From assembly GCF_000007225.1 (NCBI RefSeq), contig NC_003364.1:360001-392000 (forward strand): a DNA stretch of 32,000 bases, in the 5' to 3' direction. This DNA comes from Pyrobaculum aerophilum str. IM2 (lineage in GTDB: Archaea > Thermoproteota > Thermoprotei > Thermoproteales > Thermoproteaceae). Positions 10,199 to 18,593 of this stretch are shown here, piece after piece. The first letter of the stretch is position 1. Every line of letters begins with the position of its first letter. The notes below the pieces were generated by a model. It ran no database searches. It saw only the letters and a list, made by a program, of their open reading frames with translations, and was not told the DNA's origin. The position numbers were made by a program, and so were the translations under genes.

Positions 10199-10395
10199 TT
10201 ATACCAATTCGCTGTTTTACTTGCGGAAAACCCTTGGGCCACCTCTACGCCGTTTTTAAGCGGAGGGTACTCGCTGGAGAGCATCCCGGAAGAGTTCTAG
10301 ACGACCTTGGCGTCACGAGGTATTGTTGTAGAAGAACGCTTATGGCGCATGTCGAATGGATAGATGACGTCTTGTTATACGAGCGGCGTAGTTGA
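10195..10395 (+). CDS. rpoN: DNA-directed RNA polymerase subunit N (Rpo10)
   Basis: A 66-aa protein with [13 protein letters not shown]...YCCRR, the Rpb10 Zn motif. ATGA overlap with the S9 stop. Confidence 0.93.
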   Translation: MIIPIRCFTCGKPLGHLYAVFKRRVLAGEHPGRVLDDLGVTRYCCRRTLMAHVEWIDDVLLYERRS

Positions 10396-10445
10396 GCAAG
10401 ACAGTAGGGGTTAAATTTTATATATTGCCCAATACGGCCTTGGAC

Positions 10446-10703
10446 ATGTCGAAGGCGCAACAAGTGAAACTGCCCTCTCCAATTAAGGTATTGACAAAAA
10501 TGCTTAACAAGGAAATTATAGCAAGGCTTAAAGGCGGCGTCGCAGTAAAGGGGGTTTTAACTGCCTACGACGGCTGTATGAACCTCGTGCTCAACGATGC
10601 AGCTGAGTTAGACAAATCGGGAGAGCCGAAAACGCGATATGGGCGTATAGTAATTAGAGGTTCTCAAGTGATATACGTATCGACGAGCGAAGTGACGCCA
10701 TGA
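10446..10703 (+). CDS. Sm-like archaeal protein (LSm/SmAP)
   Basis: Sm1 (IARLKGGVAVKGVLTAYDGCMNLVLNDA) and Sm2 (RIVIRGSQVIYV) motifs. ATG 10446 lies 20-35 nt downstream of TTAAATTTTATATATT (10411-10426). The track start at 10392 is a TTG overlapping the rpoN stop. Confidence 0.8.
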   Translation: MSKAQQVKLPSPIKVLTKMLNKEIIARLKGGVAVKGVLTAYDGCMNLVLNDAAELDKSGEPKTRYGRIVIRGSQVIYVSTSEVTP

Positions 10704-11908
10704 TAGTAGTAGGCAAAGTTGATAAAACCCCCGTCGCTAAGAGATTAGTTGAAATCGTTGAAAGAAAGGGTCAGGGCCATCCTGACTATATTGCAGACGG
10801 CGTTGCCGAATGGGTTAGTAAATATCTCTCTAAGTACTACCTAGAACGCTTTGGGGTGATTCTACACCATAATGTTGATAAGACTCTTGTAGTTGGAGGA
10901 CAAGCCTCGCCGCGTTTTGGAGGCGGGGAGATCTTACAGCCTATATACATCCTGGTATCTGGAAGGGCTACTTACGAAGTGAGGACTAAAGAGGGAGTTG
11001 TCAAAATCCCGCTGGGGCCTATAGTAATGCAGGCGGCCAGAGACTGGATTAAAAACCACTTCCGCTATTTAGATCCCGATGTACATGTTGTTATAGATTA
11101 CAGAATTGGCCAGGGCTCTGCGGATTTAGTTGGTATTTACGACTTGGGAGTGAGGGGCATACCCCTCGCCAACGACACTTCGGTTGGAGTTGGCTACGCG
11201 CCTCTCACTCCTCTAGAGGAGTTAGTATATAAGACTGAACGATTGCTTAACTCTAGAGACTTCAAGGCCAAGTATCCAGAAGTTGGCGAAGACGTTAAAG
11301 TAATGGGCGTGAGAGTGGGCAAAGAGGTGAAGTTAACTATTGCAACCGCGATGATAAGTAGGTTAGTCAAGGACAAGAGCCACTACCTCTCTGTTAAAGA
11401 CGATGTTAAGAAGGCGGTTGAGGACCTCGCCTCGAAGATAGCGCCTGAGTATAGCGTAGAAGTTACAATTAACGCCGCGGATAAGCCTGAACACGGCATA
11501 TTTTACCTTACGGTCACTGGGACATCTGCAGAACACGGCGATGACGGTATGACGGGAAGAGGCAATAGGGCTAATGGGCTTATAACGCCTATGAGGTCAA
11601 TGTCGCTGGAAGCCGCCGCTGGCAAAAACCCAGTGAGCCATGTTGGGAAGATTTACAACGTAGTGGCGCAAAAAATCGCCGATAGAATATATAAAGAAGT
11701 TAAAGATGTAATTGAGGTATATGTAGAAATTGTTTCGCAAATAGGAAAGCCTATAAATGAACCCAAGATACTTAATATAGAAATTATAAAAGATGGCGAA
11801 CTCACGGGAGAGGTTAAAAACGAAGTTGAGGCTATAGCCAAAGAAGAGCTTGGCAGGATAACGCAAGTCACAGATTTGATACTGAGGGGAGAAGTCTCGC
11901 TGTATTAA
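10700..11908 (+). CDS. mat: Archaeal-type S-adenosylmethionine synthetase
   Basis: A 402-aa protein with [14 protein letters not shown]...HHNVDK...[17 protein letters not shown], typical of the archaeal MAT family. ATGA overlap with the Sm gene stop. Confidence 0.93.
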   Translation: MIVVGKVDKTPVAKRLVEIVERKGQGHPDYIADGVAEWVSKYLSKYYLERFGVILHHNVDKTLVVGGQASPRFGGGEILQPIYILVSGRATYEVRTKEGVVKIPLGPIVMQAARDWIKNHFRYLDPDVHVVIDYRIGQGSADLVGIYDLGVRGIPLANDTSVGVGYAPLTPLEELVYKTERLLNSRDFKAKYPEVGEDVKVMGVRVGKEVKLTIATAMISRLVKDKSHYLSVKDDVKKAVEDLASKIAPEYSVEVTINAADKPEHGIFYLTVTGTSAEHGDDGMTGRGNRANGLITPMRSMSLEAAAGKNPVSHVGKIYNVVAQKIADRIYKEVKDVIEVYVEIVSQIGKPINEPKILNIEIIKDGELTGEVKNEVEAIAKEELGRITQVTDLILRGEVSLY

Positions 11909-13668
11909 ACGCCGCCTAGCATACGTCTATACTGTTGAACTATTTTTTTCAAATCGAGATCCTTTTGGCTGTCCATGTGGCGTTTGATCTCTTCGGTTAA
12001 CTCCCTTACTGCGTCAAAGTCTATTACAAAAAATTCGCCGAGTTGCAACTTGGCCACTTGTTTAAGCGGGACTCCCATTGTTCCTCTGGCTACAGCCTCT
12101 TGCACAGTATCTATATTTTTACAAATGATTCCGACGCTTTCGCCTCCTTTACACTCTACTAATTCTGACAAATGCAGTAATTTGTACTTACTGCCGTAAT
12201 TTGTTAAAATTTCTAAAAATGTTTTTTTCAACATCTCTATTTCTGTCTCCTTTTCCATTATTGCTACTGTTAATGTATTAATTCTATTTTGCAACTCTCT
12301 GTATTTCAAGTCGCGCCACTTGCTGTCTTCAAGAGATCTCTTTAACTGGGCGCATTCAGACCTCAGCGCCTCAAGCTCTTTTTGCAACTGCATATTTTCA
12401 TACTCAAGCGCTTTTATCCGAGTTGTGAAGCTTTCATCTCTTCCACCGCAAGGCTTCTCCACTGTCACGTATACAACTTTTACCTCCTTCTCCTCCCGTT
12501 TTTTCAAAGCCTCAGAGACGGCTTGCGCTATAGAATAGCCGCGTACAATTAGAGCCTTTGCGTATTCAACTTGGTCAAATTTGAGTATGCTACCGAACTC
12601 TTTCTCCAGTTTCTCAAATTTCGGCTTGAATTCTTGGTAGGCCCTATAGGCCGCGGCCAGGGCGTCTCTCTCGTGGCTTGTACCAGCTTTCCACTTAGTT
12701 TTTTCAAGTATTTGGGCTTTTTCTTCAGACGATAAATCGCGGCTAGGCGTGTACAGCACAGCCCCGCACATAGCCGCCAGCCGCTTTACAAACTCCGGCG
12801 CCTCCGCGACGTCTGTTGCGATAACCACCGGCACCCCCCATTGGTGTGCGTACCTTAGGACATCGCCCCGTGAAAAACCCCTGCGCGCTGTTGTATCTAA
12901 CACCTCCCCATCCAGCGTCAACACGGCAATGCCAGTTACTATCCCTGGGTCGACGCCTACTATTAAAAACCTCTCGCGCGCCGGGACTCCGCCCCCTCTC
13001 GCCGGGGCGGAGTAAATTGTCACAGCTATGTCTATGCTACGCATAGGCTTTACGTATTTCCTAACGACTTCTCTATTGGCGTAAACCACAAACTTAGCGG
13101 ATGTCACTTCGCCGGATTCCTCTTTGAGAAACAAATCGTAATCAAGCTTTGCTTCTTTTAGCTTCTCCTCTATTTTTGAGGCTATTGTTTTTATTCTATG
13201 AGTTACATTCCTCATAAATCTGTTCCTGCTCATTCCGCCAGGCGTAGTTGAAATCTTCCGGTGGACAAGTATTATAGTCTCCTCCTCGAATAGTTTAGCA
13301 GGAGTGCCAACTCCGCGGCTGGCTAACATTGCGAGATATGTAGCCGTTTCGATGGGGTCAAGATGTCCCCTATCTACTCCAAAATACCTTCTAACCAACT
13401 CCTCAGTTTTTAGATAGCCCTCAGCCCCCCGCGTGACTTCAATTACGTTAACTGAATACGGCAATTTGCCCAATATGCGTATAATACCCCTCCCGTGTTG
13501 GAATAACTCGCTTAAATTGTCAACTGCCAGCGTGTCGATTTTATACTTCTTGAATAAGTGTACAATATTCCGCGCCTTCTCAACCCCCCGTTCTACAAAT
13601 ACGCCGTTGTCAAATACTGCAAAGGCGAGAGAGCCATCAGGCGTTACGTCGACGCCCAGAATAGCCAC
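11905..13668 (-). CDS. Conserved archaeal protein with two RuvC/YqgF-type RNase-H-fold modules plus a coiled coil (DUF460/COG2433-like), function unknown
   Basis: Module 1: ILGVDV, TLAVDN, HLDPIETATYLA. Module 2: LIVGVDPGIVTGIAVL, VVIATDV, SHERDALAAAYRAY. Heptad-rich aa ~415-485. GTG 13668 lies 3 nt after the Rio2 stop. Confidence 0.75.
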   Translation of the reverse strand: MAILGVDVTPDGSLAFAVFDNGVFVERGVEKARNIVHLFKKYKIDTLAVDNLSELFQHGRGIIRILGKLPYSVNVIEVTRGAEGYLKTEELVRRYFGVDRGHLDPIETATYLAMLASRGVGTPAKLFEEETIILVHRKISTTPGGMSRNRFMRNVTHRIKTIASKIEEKLKEAKLDYDLFLKEESGEVTSAKFVVYANREVVRKYVKPMRSIDIAVTIYSAPARGGGVPARERFLIVGVDPGIVTGIAVLTLDGEVLDTTARRGFSRGDVLRYAHQWGVPVVIATDVAEAPEFVKRLAAMCGAVLYTPSRDLSSEEKAQILEKTKWKAGTSHERDALAAAYRAYQEFKPKFEKLEKEFGSILKFDQVEYAKALIVRGYSIAQAVSEALKKREEKEVKVVYVTVEKPCGGRDESFTTRIKALEYENMQLQKELEALRSECAQLKRSLEDSKWRDLKYRELQNRINTLTVAIMEKETEIEMLKKTFLEILTNYGSKYKLLHLSELVECKGGESVGIICKNIDTVQEAVARGTMGVPLKQVAKLQLGEFFVIDFDAVRELTEEIKRHMDSQKDLDLKKIVQQYRRMLGGV

Positions 13669-13671
13669 AAG

Positions 13672-14592
13672 TTATAGAAAAGTAGTTTTATTAATTTCTA
13701 AGAGGAATTTCCCACCGCTATCCTCAGCCTCTCTTGCCGTCTTTAATAACTCATCAACGGGAATCTCGACTTGATACCTCTTGAAAAACTTCGCAATATT
13801 ATTTAAATCGCGTTGGAGATGAAGCTCATAGTTATTATAGCCCAAAGGCACCCACTGCGGCCAGTCAATGACATAACTCCTATTCCCTACGATAATATTA
13901 TACGGGGAAAGGTCTCCATGGACTATTCCCAGCCTTAAAGCCACGCCTAGCGTTAAAATCACGTCGTCTGCTATTTTTTTAAAATCGCCTTGTGAAAGCC
14001 TATAGAGCTCCACGCCCTCAACATAGCCCATCACTACCACATGTCTATTATACGTCAAGGGCTCGGGCACTAAGCCGCCGCCCTCAAAAACACGCTGGAG
14101 GGCAAAAAACTCGGCTAGTGCTGACAGTCTTGTTTCAAAAACTTCAGCCAAGTGTTTATACCTCGCCACTTTTGATCTGAAAGGCTCTTCATATCTAAAC
14201 GCCGAGACGCCGCCTCTGTGGAATTTTATAGCCACTTTATAGCCAGAGGGCGTCTCCCCGGCATACACCACAGACTCTTTGCCAATACCTATAGGCGTGG
14301 GAGATATTTTAACTACTTTTCGCTGCACGCGCAAGGTGTGTAGCGCCAAGACGTCATATCCCAGCGCCGTGATTTTCCATCCCTTGTACGGAGCTAAATT
14401 TCTTCTTAAAAACCCGTAATAGTGGAGACGTCTTATGCTGTCTAACACCTCCTCTCTCCTATACCTCGCCCACTTCGTTATCAACTCCTCAGGCACAAAT
14501 TCATATCTCCTGTGTCCAACTTCAATTACTCTCAGAACTCTGAGATCCCTCTTAGAAAGCTCGTGATATGCCCGTACAAGGCTCTTAATCAC
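13672..14592 (-). CDS. rio2: RIO-type serine/threonine protein kinase Rio2
   Basis: N-terminal winged helix (LSKRDLRVLRVIEVGHRRYEFVPEELI) followed by a RIO kinase core (VAIKFHR, IVHGDLSPYNIIV, VIDWPQ). Confidence 0.9.
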   Translation of the reverse strand: MIKSLVRAYHELSKRDLRVLRVIEVGHRRYEFVPEELITKWARYRREEVLDSIRRLHYYGFLRRNLAPYKGWKITALGYDVLALHTLRVQRKVVKISPTPIGIGKESVVYAGETPSGYKVAIKFHRGGVSAFRYEEPFRSKVARYKHLAEVFETRLSALAEFFALQRVFEGGGLVPEPLTYNRHVVVMGYVEGVELYRLSQGDFKKIADDVILTLGVALRLGIVHGDLSPYNIIVGNRSYVIDWPQWVPLGYNNYELHLQRDLNNIAKFFKRYQVEIPVDELLKTAREAEDSGGKFLLEINKTTFL

Positions 14593-14623
14593 TAATATAA
14601 ATAGTCATGTGAATATATAAAAT
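14593..14623. promoter_or_regulatory. 31-bp bidirectional promoter region with two crossed TATA boxes (rio2 / UPF0179)
   Basis: The whole intergenic sequence is TAATATAAATAGTCATGTGAATATATAAAAT. AATATAAA (14594-14601) lies -30..-23 of ATG 14624. TTTTATATATT (complement of 14612-14622) lies -30..-20 of GTG 14592. Confidence 0.6.
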
Positions 14624-15127
14624 ATGAGGAGAGTAGTGACTCTAGTATCTAAGGAACAGGCAGAGGTAGGCCACCGCTTTCGCGTATTCAGCATACCAGA
14701 AGAGTGTAAAGACTGCAGGCTCTACCCCGTGTGTATGGGAAGGCTGGCGCCGGGAAGGAGTTATAAAGTCGTCGAAGTGAGGCCTTCAATGGGCCAGCGG
14801 TGTAAGATTACAGACGGCGAAATGGTCCCGGTTGTGGTGGAAGAGGCGCCGGTGATTGGCCTGCTACCTCTCAATAAAGCTCTTGAGGGCGTTGTGGTGA
14901 CTTTCGAAGAGGAGTGCGCCGGGTGTGAGGGGTGTCCCAGCGATGTGGTCAAGAAAGGCGAAAAGATCAAAGTGGTTAAAATCGTAGGGAGGAAGAGGTG
15001 CAGAGGTAGGGAATTCGCTATCGTTGAGTTCTACGTCGTATCACCGCCTTCACCCTCAGGATCAAGTATCTCAGCGACTTCTCAAGGCCCTTCTCGCGCG
15101 CCTCCTTCACGACGTCTTTTAAAATAG
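14624..15127 (+). CDS. UPF0179-family Cys-rich protein, function unknown
   Basis: Cys pattern CKDCRLYPVC ... CAGCEGC ... C and a family-like overall sequence. The last ~28 aa form a Ser/Pro-rich tail encoded antisense to the neighbouring gene, so the 3' end is uncertain. Confidence 0.7.
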   Translation: MRRVVTLVSKEQAEVGHRFRVFSIPEECKDCRLYPVCMGRLAPGRSYKVVEVRPSMGQRCKITDGEMVPVVVEEAPVIGLLPLNKALEGVVVTFEEECAGCEGCPSDVVKKGEKIKVVKIVGRKRCRGREFAIVEFYVVSPPSPSGSSISATSQGPSRAPPSRRLLK

Positions 15128-15224
15128 ACTTGGCCTCGGCGATCTTACCCTCGAGGGCTAACCTCTCCGCCTCTCTTAATTGAGTTATCAACTTTGCGGC
15201 AGTTGCGTACACCTCCTCAGCCAT
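15018..15224 (-). CDS. Small all-helical hypothetical protein (68 aa)
   Basis: MAEEVYATAAKLITQLREAERLALEGKIAEAKSILKDVVKEAREKGLEKSL... has amphipathic helix character. ATG 15224 lies 21-26 nt downstream of TTTAAA (15245-15250). The track start GTG 15242 is too close to that TATA box. Confidence 0.45.
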   Translation of the reverse strand: MAEEVYATAAKLITQLREAERLALEGKIAEAKSILKDVVKEAREKGLEKSLRYLILRVKAVIRRRTQR

Positions 15225-15258
15225 GAGGCGGTAAAAGATCACTCTTTAAATGTTTTAA

Positions 15259-15966
15259 GTGGGCTTAATTTACCCGTCTGTGGATAGAGTGGCCCTGTAT
15301 ATCAAAAACCTCGAAGAGGCTCTTGATAGCCTAGTACTGAGGGATGGCTCATACAAACATATAGTAGATCTCGCAAAGGCGTACTTAAAAGACTCCAAGT
15401 ATTATTACTCCACTGGCGATAGGGAGACTGCCCTAGCTACAGTTTCCTATGCCGAGGGCCTACTGGATGCGCTAAAACTCATGGGCGTCGCTGATTTTAA
15501 GTGGAAAAAGCCCAGTGAAATAAAGAATGTAAAGAGAGTAATGGTCGCCGGCACGTTTGAAATTATCCACCCAGGCCATTTAGAATATCTTAAAAAGGCG
15601 TGGAACATGGGATACGTCATAGCTGTTGTCTCCTCCGATGAAAACGCCGAGAGGGCTAAAAAGAGGAAGATAATTATCCCTCAACAACAACGGGCTGAGG
15701 TATTAGCCTCACTTTACTACGTCCATGACGTTGTTCTAGGGCGCCCAGGCAATATTTTTGATATTTTCCACTCTGTAAAGCCCGATATAGTATTGTTAGG
15801 ACCTAACCAAGGCGTGTCTGAAAGCGTGGTAAGAGAAGAGGCGAAAAAACGCGGCGTCGAGGTCGAGGTGATCAGACTGGAGAATTTAAAAAACTGCGAG
15901 CTGTGTAGCACGACTAAAATTATTGAAAAAATTCTCTCCACGTTTAATGCCGCCAATAAATATTGA
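15259..15966 (+). CDS. ribL: FAD synthase (RibL-type FMN adenylyltransferase) fused to an N-terminal helical domain (DUF357-like)
   Basis: The C-terminal half is a cytidylyltransferase-fold nucleotidyltransferase with an HxGH motif ([16 protein letters not shown]). The N-terminal ~85 aa are helical. The start is ambiguous (GTG 15259, 15280 or 15289) because the only TATA-like box is at 15245-15250. Confidence 0.75.
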
Positions 15967-16594
15967 GGCCGCCAGGCGGATCCAAGAGCGCTTAGCTCGA
16001 CAAGTGACGTATGCGCCGCTACCTCCAGTTGAGACTGTTGCTGGACTTGACGTGGCGTACTCCGGCAGTTTGGCCTTCGGCGCCGCCGTTGTGGTAAAGA
16101 GGACGACGCTTGAAGTTGTGGAAACTGCGTGTTCCGTGTCGAGAATTGTAGTGCCTTATGTCCCCACATTCTTGGCGTTTCGAGAGCTCACTCCAATGCT
16201 GAGGGCTTATATAAAACTCAAGAGTAAGCCCGACGTAATTCTCGTGGACGGTCACGGCGTGGCCCACCCCAGGAGATTCGGCATTGCCTCACACATTGGG
16301 GTGGTCTTAAAAAAGCCCACTATCGGCGTTGCGAAATCAAGGCTATACGGAGAAGAAGTCGGAGATAAGCTTGTGGATCCCGCTACTGGCGAGGTGCTCG
16401 CCCTCATAATAAAATGCGGTGGGAAAAAGTACGTCTCTGTGGGATCTTACGCCACTCTTGATGAGGCCGCGGGGCTAGTTGCGCAACTGTGTAAAAGCGG
16501 AGATGTATATCCGCTAAGGTTAGCACATGAACTTGCAAATAAATTAAAAAAAGCCCATTTACCTGACGACAAGGACAGGGACTCTTGCCCTTGA
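15947..16594 (+). CDS. nfi: Endonuclease V
   Basis: [46 protein letters not shown] 15947 is preferred over the track's TTG 15923. It overlaps the ribL end by 20 nt. Confidence 0.88.
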
Positions 16595-16960
16595 AACAAC
16601 GGCTTGCGACGCAGAGCCTAATACTAAACACTGTATAGCAGACAGCCCGCGGGAGCCCATTACTATTAAGTCCACTTCTTTCTCCTCGGCGTAGTTCAAT
16701 ATCTCAGTAGCCGGGGTCCCCGATCTAACAGCTATATCATCGACGTTAACGCCCTTAGACTTTAAGGCATTGGCGGCCTCCTGGGCAATTTTCTTGGCCT
16801 TTTCGAGTGAGACCTGAGAGGGATCTGTGGAGACTGTTATCACATACACCGAGGCCCCTAAGGCCTTCGCAAGAGCTGAGGCGCGCTCCACTGCCTTTTT
16901 GGCGTGATCAGAGCCGTCGTGTGCCACTAGGATTTTTTGTACATGTTTTGAAAAACACAT
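16559..16960 (-). CDS. Universal stress protein (UspA family)
   Basis: [15 protein letters not shown]...[10 protein letters not shown]...[19 protein letters not shown]. It starts 8 nt downstream of the permease stop on the same strand. Confidence 0.85.
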
Positions 16961-16968
16961 GGGTTTTA

Positions 16969-17772
16969 TTACTTTCCTCCCGCCCCTAGCACCAGTAAAC
17001 CTCTAATAAAGTACCTCCCCAGCGCTATGAATAACAGCAAAGGCGGAAGTGAGGCCAGCAATGCCGCTGAGAACATTTCGTTGTACAGATTCCCAGATTG
17101 ACCCACGTAACTGAAGACTTTAAGCGTTATGTGGTTGTTATACGACCTGGAGAGCACCAGAGGTATGAAGAAGTTATTCCAACCGTTGATTGCAAGGTAT
17201 GTCGCCGTGGACGTGAAAGCCGGCCCTAAAAGCGGCAGTACTGCCTTGGAGAATATAGTGAGCTCCCCTGCGCCGTCTATTTCGGCGGCCTCTACCACGG
17301 CACGCGGAAGCGCCGTGATGAATATTAACATCATTAACGTGGCAAATGGTGTGAAAAATATGAGCAAGCCCAAGGCTATGCCATACAGAGTGTCAAATAG
17401 GCCGATTTGAGACATAAAACGCGCTAAGGGGACAGCTGCCGATTGGTACGGCAAGTACGTGGCAATAGCCACAAATATCAATAACACATCTTTTAACTTC
17501 GACGTAGCTCTCCATAACGCATAGGCGCCCAACGCTCCAACAAACGTGGCAATTAGAGCTGTTGGGAAGACCACAAGCGCCGTGTTTAACAAAACCGGGG
17601 CGAGCTCGCCGCTTATCTTAACGAGTGTTGATAAATCAATAGAAGAGGGAGTAAAAACGGGAGTCGTTAACACCTCAGACAGCGGCTTCAACGCGCCGAC
17701 TACGAGGACGTATAGCGGGAGCGCCCAGACAGCGCCTACAATTACAATTAATAAATGTACAGCGAATTTCAT
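16969..17772 (-). CDS. Sugar ABC transporter permease (MalG-like, CUT1)
   Basis: Multi-TM protein with the EAA loop EAAEIDGAGELTIFSKAVLPLLGPA. ATG 17772 forms an ATGA overlap with the upstream permease stop (17771-17769). The track start is GTG 17781. Confidence 0.88.
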   Translation of the reverse strand: MKFAVHLLIVIVGAVWALPLYVLVVGALKPLSEVLTTPVFTPSSIDLSTLVKISGELAPVLLNTALVVFPTALIATFVGALGAYALWRATSKLKDVLLIFVAIATYLPYQSAAVPLARFMSQIGLFDTLYGIALGLLIFFTPFATLMMLIFITALPRAVVEAAEIDGAGELTIFSKAVLPLLGPAFTSTATYLAINGWNNFFIPLVLSRSYNNHITLKVFSYVGQSGNLYNEMFSAALLASLPPLLLFIALGRYFIRGLLVLGAGGK

Positions 17773-18593
17773 CTGATCCACTTCTTTAAGCTAAGAAGCG
17801 AGTACGGAATCACAATGATTGCCGAAATAGCGATTATAACTACAGCAGTAGCGCTGGCCACAGCGATATAAATAGCTGTGAACTTCATAAATGTGTACAT
17901 AACTAACGTCATGACATTAGGATTTAGAAAAAGTATAGAATATGGTAAATCAAACATTTGAATTGAGAATAATGTAAAGAATATTGTCGAAATTATTAAA
18001 CTCTGTCTTGATTGCGGTATAACCACTTTAAGCATTGTGTACAACCTGCTGGCTCCATCTATCTGTGCGGATTCTAGCTGAGCTTTGTCGATATTGTAAA
18101 ACATGGCGAGGTAGAATAGCGTGGCCAGACCAGAATATGCCCAGACGGAGACTAAGGAAATACTCCAGAAAGCGTTATCCCCCTGGAGTGGATTGCCAAA
18201 ATATTTACCCACTCCCCTATCGACATCTAGAAGCCACCTCCATATTATGCCAGAGACAACTAGTGATAAAGAGAGGGGGTATATAAAATACGCCGTGAGG
18301 ATATTTCTCGCGCGGGCGCTATTTATGTTGTATATCAACGATGCCACCAAAAGGCCCACTAGATTTCCCGCTCCTACTAATACAACAATCCAGAGTAGAG
18401 TTTTAAATAAGGCTGTTTGGAAAAGGGGATCTGTAAATAACTGTAAATATGTTGATAACCCTACAAATTCATAATTAGGTTTTAATACTGAATAATCAGT
18501 AAATGAGTAATATAAATTCCACAATATAAAAGTGTATAAAAAAGCTGTTAATAAAAAAAGAGGGATTGAAAAAAGTATTAAGCTTATTCTCAT
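17769..18593 (-). CDS. Sugar ABC transporter permease (MalF-like, CUT1)
   Basis: Multi-TM protein with the EAA loop AQIDGASRLYTMLKVVIPQSRQS. ATG 18593 forms an ATGA overlap with the binding-protein stop (18592-18590). The track N-terminal extension to 18707 overlaps the SBP gene. Confidence 0.88.
   Translation of the reverse strand: MRISLILFSIPLFLLTAFLYTFILWNLYYSFTDYSVLKPNYEFVGLSTYLQLFTDPLFQTALFKTLLWIVVLVGAGNLVGLLVASLIYNINSARARNILTAYFIYPLSLSLVVSGIIWRWLLDVDRGVGKYFGNPLQGDNAFWSISLVSVWAYSGLATLFYLAMFYNIDKAQLESAQIDGASRLYTMLKVVIPQSRQSLIISTIFFTLFSIQMFDLPYSILFLNPNVMTLVMYTFMKFTAIYIAVASATAVVIIAISAIIVIPYSLLSLKKWIR

Noticed and set aside
13700-13760. C/D box sRNA candidates: UGAUGA...CUGA pairs here and near 245, 16458, 19269, 19436, 19485, 28406 and 28923
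   Set aside because: All lie inside coding sequence. They have only one C-like and one D-like box, with no C'/D' set or terminal stem. This is consistent with chance occurrence of 4-6-mers in 32 kb.
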